Assembly (NCBI GenBank): GCA_965601685.1
Contig: CBFCWI010000001.1
Span: 433,694-497,693, forward strand
Reading direction: 5' to 3'
DNA from: an uncultured Rhodospirillaceae bacterium
GTDB lineage: Bacteria > Pseudomonadota > Alphaproteobacteria > Rhodospirillales > Rhodospirillaceae
DNA length: 64,000 bases
The translations under genes were made by a program, and so were the position numbers. This document shows positions 57,916-64,000 of the stretch, one piece after another (position 1 is the first letter of the stretch; each line of letters begins with the position of its first letter). The notes beneath the pieces are model-generated. The model was not told the DNA's origin, did no database searches, and was given only the letters and a program-made list of their open reading frames with translations.

Positions 57916-60750
57916 ATGCCAGCCATGCTAGCCGATAAACCTACAGATTACAAGTACACAGTGTTTTTACCTAAAACACACTTTCCTATGCGTGCATATT
58001 TACCAACGCTTGAGCCCAGATTACTAGCGCACTGGAACGACATTGGCTTATACCGGCAACTGCGCGAACGCTCAGCAGGGCGCAGTAGATTTGTGCTTCA
58101 CGATGGTCCGCCTTATGCCAATGGCCATTTGCATGTTGGTCATGCCCTGAACAAGATTCTGAAAGACATCATCGTGAAAGCACGGCAAATGGCCTGTTTT
58201 GACGCCAACTATGTCCCAGGCTGGGACTGTCATGGTCTACCTATCGAGTGGAAGGTTGAGGAAGGATACCGGGCCGCTGGCAGGCATAAGGATACTACCA
58301 ACGTTGTAGCCTTCCGCAAGGACTGTCGTGCGTTCGCTGCGCACTGGATACAGGTCCAGTCAGAGGAGTTCCAACGTCTAGGGATTATCGGCGACTGGGA
58401 GCGACCTTATACTACCATGGATTACGCAGCCGAGGCTAGTATTGTTGCTGCATTGGGTCTGTTCCTCATGAGCGGTAGCTTGTATAAGTGGGCTAAACCA
58501 GTTCTTTGGTCAGTGGTAGAGCAGACTGCTCTTGCAGAGGCAGAAATTGAATATTACGATCATGTTTCTACTGTTCTTTTTGTACGATTCTCAATTATAC
58601 AATCTAAAGTACAAGAACTTGAGAAAACAGCGGTGGTCATCTGGACTACAACGCCATGGACTCTCCCCGGTAACCGGGCTATCGCCTTCGGCTCCACACA
58701 GGACTATGTCGTCATTCGGGTTACTGGCGTCGAGCCAGGTAGTCTGGCCAGGCTTGGGGAACATCTATTAGTAGCTAATACGTTAGTTGATTCTACAGTA
58801 CAGGCTGCTCGCATCACCTCTTATGCCCGTGTCACAGTAATATCTGGTGCGGCCTTAGCTGGCACCATCTGTGCCCATCCCTGGCGCGGCCAGGGCTATA
58901 ATTTTGATGTGCCGTTGCTCTCTGCAGATTTCGTGACTGCTGACCAGGGTACTGGCTTTGTACAGATTGCTCCCGGCCATGGTGAGGACGATTGGCATCT
59001 TGGGCAGGCTAGCGGCCTGCCGGTGCCAGAGATCGTGGCTGGCAATGGTGTGTATCTTCAGGATGTGCCACTGTTTGCCGGCCAACACGTGTTTAAGGTA
59101 GATGGCATGGTTGTGGAGTCTCTACAGGCTGCCGGCGCTCTACTAGCCAGTGACCGCCTCACACATAGTTGTCCACACTCGTGGCGATCAAAAGCGCTGC
59201 TCATCTTCAGAACAACCCCACAGTGGTTCATCTCAATGGAGACTCACGAGCTACGCACCAAGGCGCTTGCGGCCATAGATGCAACCCGCTGGATTCCGGC
59301 CCAGAGCCGCAATCGTATTCGCGCCATGGTGGCAAGCCGTCCGGACTGGTGCGTCTCACGGCAGAGGGTATGGGGGGTACCAATCACTGTTTTCGTTCAC
59401 CGTAAGACCGGCGAGCCTCTGCGCGATCAAACTGTACTCAATCGCATCGTCGCTGCAGTACAAGCGGGTGGGAGTGATGTCTGGTTCACTGCGGACCCTG
59501 CCTGTTTTCTAGCGCCTGAATATAACCCTACAGATTTTGAGAGAGTGACTGATGTTCTTGATGTCTGGTTCGATTCCGGCTGTACCCACACATTTGCACT
59601 GGAACAGCGCTCAGACTTACAATGGCCAGCCGCGTTGTATTTAGAGGGCTCCGATCAGCATCGTGGCTGGTTTCATTCCTCGCTGCTGGAGTCCTGTGGG
59701 ACACGCGGTCGTGCCCCTTATGAAGCAGTGCTTACGCACGGTTTTGTTTTGGCTGAGGACGGTCAGAAAATGTCGAAGTCGCTCGGCAATGTTGTGGTCC
59801 CTCATGATGTTGTCGAGAAATTCGGTGCAGATATCCTCAGACTATGGGTAGTTGGCTCAGATTACTTGGAAGACTTGCGTATAGGTCCAGAAATTTTGAA
59901 GCAGACCAGTGACGTCTATCGTCGTCTGCGTAACACCTTACGCTACTTGCTCGGGAGCCTGGATGGTTTCACGGTGGCCGAGCGCATCAGCGAGCTGAGC
60001 ACTATGCCAGCACTGGAACGCTGGGTGTTACATAGGCTGTGGCAGCTTGATGCGCTGGTACACCAATGTCTGCATGATTACAATTTTCATACTTTGTTCT
60101 CTGAGTTGTATGCTTTCTGTACTGTGGATCTGTCGGCTTTCTATTTCGACGTCCGCAAAGACAGTTTATATTGCGATCGACTGGATAGTCCGCGGCGCCG
60201 CGCAACACGCACGGTTTTTGATATTCTGTTCCAGATGTTGGTACGCTGGCTTGCCCCCTTCCTTTCCTTCACCGCTGAAGAGGCTTGGCTGACCCGCTAT
60301 CCTCTGGCAGCAGACAGTGTTCATTTACAGGTGTTCCTCGCTATCCCTGCAACGTGGCGCGATAATGGACTCGCTGTTCGATGGGATAGGATTCGCCAGA
60401 TCAGGCGGGTCATCACTGGTGCCCTAGAAGGGGAACGTCTTGCGAGACGTATAGGTTCAAGCCTGCAAGCTGCACCTCTTGTCTATGTAACAAAGAAGGA
60501 TAGAGAACTTTTAGATGGTATTGATTTAGCCGATGTCGCTCTCACTTCTGCCGTCACAGTGAAAGAGGGGTCGGCTCCAGATGGAGCATATGTCCTACAG
60601 GACGTCCAATCAGTAGCGGTTATACCGCGACTTGCAGAGGGGGAGAAATGTCAGCGCTGCTGGAAGATCCTGCCTGACGTCGGGACTCCCCACGGATATT
60701 GGGGCCTCTGCGGTCGCTGCGCCGGAGCTGTAGAGCCGGGGACAGTATGA
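57916..60750 (+). CDS. ileS: isoleucine--tRNA ligase
   Basis: PPYANGHLHVGHALNK (HIGH), KMSKSLGN, the CP1 editing domain, and a C-terminal zinc knuckle (CQRCWK...CGRC). Confidence 0.96.
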   Translation: MPAMLADKPTDYKYTVFLPKTHFPMRAYLPTLEPRLLAHWNDIGLYRQLRERSAGRSRFVLHDGPPYANGHLHVGHALNKILKDIIVKARQMACFDANYVPGWDCHGLPIEWKVEEGYRAAGRHKDTTNVVAFRKDCRAFAAHWIQVQSEEFQRLGIIGDWERPYTTMDYAAEASIVAALGLFLMSGSLYKWAKPVLWSVVEQTALAEAEIEYYDHVSTVLFVRFSIIQSKVQELEKTAVVIWTTTPWTLPGNRAIAFGSTQDYVVIRVTGVEPGSLARLGEHLLVANTLVDSTVQAARITSYARVTVISGAALAGTICAHPWRGQGYNFDVPLLSADFVTADQGTGFVQIAPGHGEDDWHLGQASGLPVPEIVAGNGVYLQDVPLFAGQHVFKVDGMVVESLQAAGALLASDRLTHSCPHSWRSKALLIFRTTPQWFISMETHELRTKALAAIDATRWIPAQSRNRIRAMVASRPDWCVSRQRVWGVPITVFVHRKTGEPLRDQTVLNRIVAAVQAGGSDVWFTADPACFLAPEYNPTDFERVTDVLDVWFDSGCTHTFALEQRSDLQWPAALYLEGSDQHRGWFHSSLLESCGTRGRAPYEAVLTHGFVLAEDGQKMSKSLGNVVVPHDVVEKFGADILRLWVVGSDYLEDLRIGPEILKQTSDVYRRLRNTLRYLLGSLDGFTVAERISELSTMPALERWVLHRLWQLDALVHQCLHDYNFHTLFSELYAFCTVDLSAFYFDVRKDSLYCDRLDSPRRRATRTVFDILFQMLVRWLAPFLSFTAEEAWLTRYPLAADSVHLQVFLAIPATWRDNGLAVRWDRIRQIRRVITGALEGERLARRIGSSLQAAPLVYVTKKDRELLDGIDLADVALTSAVTVKEGSAPDGAYVLQDVQSVAVIPRLAEGEKCQRCWKILPDVGTPHGYWGLCGRCAGAVEPGTV

Positions 60751-61289
60751 CAGGAGCACCAAGACGACCTACACTGGAGCTGTGGAGCAATCAGAACTCT
60801 CTCACTTTGATTGAAGAATGGCATATATTCAGTCTATCCTTGGCAATGATCATACTATTGACTGATCAAATAAGTAAGGAATGGGTCCTGACTCAGCTAA
60901 CGGCATCTCCGCAGATTCTAAAGGTTACCCCATTCTTCAATGTAGTGTTGACTGGGAATCGTGGTATAAGTTTCGGGATCTTCAACAATGACACTCCCTA
61001 CACTGCTCATATTTTTGCAGCTCTGTCTGGGATTGTTGTTGTTGGTCTACTGGTGTGGCTGCAGTATGTTTGTATTGTGCGGGTGCGGCTAGCGCTAGGT
61101 GCAATTATCGGCGGTGCTATTGGGAACGCTCTTGACCGGCTGCGCCACGATAGTGTGGTAGATTTTCTTGATTTCCACCTGGGTGGGCTGCATTGGCCAG
61201 CCTTCAATGTGGCGGATCTTGCTATTACCATTGGCGCAGTAGTGCTAACGCGTGACGCTTTCTGTCATCACTCGTCTGAAGGGAGATGA
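60747..61289 (+). CDS. lspA: lipoprotein signal peptidase (signal peptidase II)
   Basis: GNRGISFG, GGAIGNALDRL and VVDFLDF...WPAFNVAD motifs. ATGA overlap with the ileS stop. ileS-lspA order is conserved. Confidence 0.9.
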   Translation: MTGAPRRPTLELWSNQNSLTLIEEWHIFSLSLAMIILLTDQISKEWVLTQLTASPQILKVTPFFNVVLTGNRGISFGIFNNDTPYTAHIFAALSGIVVVGLLVWLQYVCIVRVRLALGAIIGGAIGNALDRLRHDSVVDFLDFHLGGLHWPAFNVADLAITIGAVVLTRDAFCHHSSEGR

Positions 61290-61352
61290 GCGATCCGACG
61301 GCCCCATGACATCTCGCGTACAGAGGTTCTGAGGCTGGCGTTCCGGCGTAGC

Positions 61353-61835
61353 TTGTGTGTGACGGCTGTTCTGCTACTTGGAACAGGTCATTTGTCCGGA
61401 TGTGCCGAGATCAGAGAAAGTCTGGGTTATGAGAAGACGGCACCAGATGAGTTTCAGGTCATAGCACATCTCCCATTACAGGTACCAGAGATATTGAATC
61501 TCTGTCCTCCCGCGAGAATTGGTGCACAACTGCAACGGGAGAAATCTCCAGTACAAAAAGCCTATCAAACCCTGATGAATCGCTCCTGGCCAGAGGGAAA
61601 TGGTGATGCCGAGAGTACGCGTACACCAGAGGTCCGGGCGTTCTTGCATATGGTTGGCACAGATCGCGGCTGGTCTGATATTCGAGCTGTCGTCGATCAC
61701 GAAGCGAGCACAACGCTGTTTGACCAGCGTGGCATAGTTGATCAAATGCTCTTCTGGCGTGAGATGATTCCTGAAGATCGACGTTTCATAGACGCGGATC
61801 AAGAGCGATACAGCTTTCAAGAAAGCGAGAACTAG
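61353..61835 (+). CDS. DUF3035-like lipoprotein
   Basis: Lipobox LSGC near the N-terminus, then APDEFQVIAHLPLQVP, the pattern I associate with DUF3035. That family commonly follows lspA in alphaproteobacteria. Confidence 0.6.
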   Translation: MCVTAVLLLGTGHLSGCAEIRESLGYEKTAPDEFQVIAHLPLQVPEILNLCPPARIGAQLQREKSPVQKAYQTLMNRSWPEGNGDAESTRTPEVRAFLHMVGTDRGWSDIRAVVDHEASTTLFDQRGIVDQMLFWREMIPEDRRFIDADQERYSFQESEN

Positions 61836-61935
61836 GCTGTTTATATTATAGGGCATGCATGATGTTTGAGGCAGGTGGCTGTTGCCGCATTCGCAAGCAT
61901 GCTCTCATATGATCTCGGGTAGGGGAAAACTCGTC

Positions 61936-62328
61936 ATGCTGTGCTGGCGTTCTATTCTCGTGTTCAATGTCTTGTTACTTGTAAGTTTTAGTATGGTTGG
62001 CTGTAGTGTACGTTCTAATGTACACAATAATGTGCTTTCTCTCACATCTGCACACCCATCGATAGAAGTTCCTCAAGAGTTCGGTTTACGGCCTACGCTG
62101 GCAGGAGAGGGCTTGGCTATTGCTCATGCTGTGAAGGAAAGGAATGTTGCAACCACTGGTCACAGCAGCGGCACAATCCTCCTGTTGCGGGCTGCAGGAG
62201 CTGGGTGGGCTCTTCCCAACATCCGTGCTCTGATCGATCACGAAGAAACCACTGCAATGACCACTGAAGAGCGGTGGGCATTCATCGATCAGCTGCAGGT
62301 CGCTCCCGACCCGTGGCCAGGCGAGTAA
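61936..62328 (+). CDS. lipoprotein, paralog of the preceding DUF3035-like gene
   Basis: Signal peptide plus lipobox (LLVSFSMVGCS). The C-terminal block GWALPNIRALIDHEETT matches GWSDIRAVVDHEAST of the upstream gene. AGGGGA Shine-Dalgarno 9 nt before ATG 61936. Confidence 0.55.
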   Translation: MLCWRSILVFNVLLLVSFSMVGCSVRSNVHNNVLSLTSAHPSIEVPQEFGLRPTLAGEGLAIAHAVKERNVATTGHSSGTILLLRAAGAGWALPNIRALIDHEETTAMTTEERWAFIDQLQVAPDPWPGE

Positions 62329-62390
62329 CCCCATGGTAATCATTACGCTGGCTACCCTTGACACCACTCCGGCTCACAGAGGGAAGAAAT

Positions 62391-62783
62391 ATGGCCGCTA
62401 CATTCTGGGTTGTGATTGAAGAGTGTTCCGTCGCACAGGGCATCAATGGCAACAAGCTCATTCTCCTGGATGGGAGTGTAGAGGCTGCAGAGCAGGCATG
62501 TATTGATGCCAGCGTTGCTATTCGTGTAGGTGCACACGAGCTTGAGGGTGCGTTGAGTGAGAAAAACGGCCGCTTTATGTTATCAGCAACGCGCTGGGTG
62601 AGCGAAGCAGAATATACTGAAATTGCTCAACGTGTTATTGCTGTAAGAGCTGGGAAAGGTCATGTATCCGTCTGGCTCGATGTCGCAACAGACTCTGCAG
62701 ACATAAATGACATATCGAAATTTTTGAATACAGTGCCTTTTTCTATTATAAGTATTGAAATTATTTATCAATTTATCGAATGA
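62391..62783 (+). CDS. hypothetical protein (orphan, 130 aa)
   Basis: ORF 62358..62783. ATG 62391 follows a GAGGGA-like Shine-Dalgarno. I recognise no motif. The last 25 or so codons run into AT-rich DNA (KFLNTVPFSIISIEIIYQFIE), so the 3' end may be read-through. Confidence 0.4.
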   Translation: MAATFWVVIEECSVAQGINGNKLILLDGSVEAAEQACIDASVAIRVGAHELEGALSEKNGRFMLSATRWVSEAEYTEIAQRVIAVRAGKGHVSVWLDVATDSADINDISKFLNTVPFSIISIEIIYQFIE

Positions 62784-63233
62784 ATATTCAGTACATTCTT
62801 TACAAGAAAATCTTGTTTGCTTTCCGAATTTTTTATATATACGGTTCAAATAAATATATTTACTCATAATACACACATATTACTGTATATTTTACACCTT
62901 CCTTCGCGTACTCTCTCGCCCTGAGCCTCATCGGGAGGGTGTTGCTCGTGTCCATATCAACCATATCAAGTACACAGTACAGTCTCATGTTAGGGGTGCC
63001 AGCTAGCCTGGCATGACACGCGCGCGTTCGAACAAACAGGCTCCTCGGCGTTAAACCTCTGGTTATCAAGCTGACAGCTTTACAGTCGTCCTTGCGACGT
63101 AGCGACATGCAGTCCGGCGGGCGGGCAGGCGCTTGGCCATGAGAATAGAGTGCTGCTGTCCGTCGTGATATTGAGGGGGCGTGCTTGGCACCTTCAAGAC
63201 AGTGGCCCTGTTTCATAGAAAAAGGGATCAAAG

Positions 63234-63575
63234 ATGCGCAAAGTAATCTATTACTGCGGCGGTACAGTTGTCGACTTCAACGTTGAGGAAGCCCACTATG
63301 AAGACTTTCTCCGCTCTCTCAGAAACGAAAAGTACAATAATGATAAAGAGCTCAACCGTGCCCGCTGGGTGTTAGCAGCTTATGTTCGCCGCGATACTAA
63401 CGAGATTCCAGGCCCGCTAGAACAAATTGCTGCTTGCTATGTCTGGCATTATTTTAATACTCATGTTATGGATGATCACCGTATTGATGGTGATATCATG
63501 ATTGTCGATTTAGATGGCACTGGCGCAACTATAGAGTATACTGCTGCACAAGATGTGCAGCTTGAACAGATGTAA
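63234..63575 (+). CDS. hypothetical protein (orphan, 113 aa)
   Basis: Clean ATG ORF with a reasonable, acidic, non-repetitive composition. I recognise no motif. Flanked by AT-rich ORF-free DNA. Confidence 0.45.
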   Translation: MRKVIYYCGGTVVDFNVEEAHYEDFLRSLRNEKYNNDKELNRARWVLAAYVRRDTNEIPGPLEQIAACYVWHYFNTHVMDDHRIDGDIMIVDLDGTGATIEYTAAQDVQLEQM

Positions 63576-64000
63576 GGTATTTCTGAAATTGCCGGTCATT
63601 GGCTCTTTTTACTTCTGCTGATACTACAGGATTGATCCGTGTAGAGGCAAACTAAGGCGTATGCGAGCACGTGAATGCACAATGTAGCTCTCTATGAGTC
63701 CAAAATTTCTATATTCGACTGTGAATAGTCATAGTAAAACATTTGCATATACTGTACAGAGCATGAGGATATCTGGAGATCTTTATTATCGCTATTTTCA
63801 GTATGTGCTCTAAATTATTGGTAATCCTTCTGCATACCCAAAAAGGGAATGGCCTCCATCATCTGTTACAAGCTAAAGAGAGTTGCGCTATGCAATGTTA
63901 TGTTAGCTCCTAGCGTTGTTGCGCAGGGACTTCTATTTTGCGTCGACTTCCGCACTGACGGGTAGCAGCTGGGCTGGTGTCATAACATTCTGCTGAATGC

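Noticed and set aside
62860-63231. 123-aa minus-strand ORF in the GC-richer block between the two right-end orphans. I also considered this block as an ncRNA (tmRNA, RNase P or SRP).
   Set aside because: The ORF is Arg/Cys-rich and looks like an out-of-frame artefact. I found no tRNA-like T-arm with pairing stems, no GAGGAAAGTCCGG-type RNase P motif and no SRP GGAA tetraloop context. The block remains unexplained and is mentioned in the right-end finding.

Overview
This 64-kb segment reads as core Alphaproteobacteria chromosome. A Rhodospirillales/Acetobacteraceae-like origin is an unverified guess. G+C is roughly 50-53% by eye, but the composition is patchy. Gene order along the window: nadD-rsfS, folP, a PduO-type adenosyltransferase, lptG, class II DAHP synthase, rpmB, a radical-SAM gene and rlmB. 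Next comes the classic tRNA-Tyr/tRNA-Gly/tuf/tRNA-Trp/secE/nusG/rplKAJL/rpoBC block. After that: tyrS, rpmF-plsX-fabH, an HpnN-like RND exporter, a COQ9-like gene, rpmG, hspQ, tlyA, dksA, ffh-rpsP-rimM-trmD-rplS and leuCDB. The window ends with an ABC/ABC-2/GldG/DUF4340 operon, icd, hisA, addA, a YejA-like binding protein with an IMPase-family gene, ileS-lspA and two DUF3035-like lipoproteins. I saw no CRISPR array, IS element, integrase, prophage, or recognisable defence or toxin-antitoxin genes, so most of the window is ordinary housekeeping DNA. Five things deserve a second look. (1) An isolated, very divergent S-adenosylhomocysteine-hydrolase-fold gene (53503-54969) sits in an ORF-poor, AT-rich pocket, and its catalytic residues look substituted. 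(2) An in-frame 240-nt (80-aa) tandem duplication lies inside a lineage-specific insertion of rpoC. (3) A low-GC patch of orphan genes occupies the right end (about 62330-64000). (4) Sharply AT-rich codon patches occur inside otherwise mid/high-GC core genes. (5) Operon synteny is broken in several places and there are several 0.45-0.93 kb ORF-free gaps, which could mean gene decay or unannotated RNAs. All family assignments come from reading motifs in the supplied translations; no database search was run.
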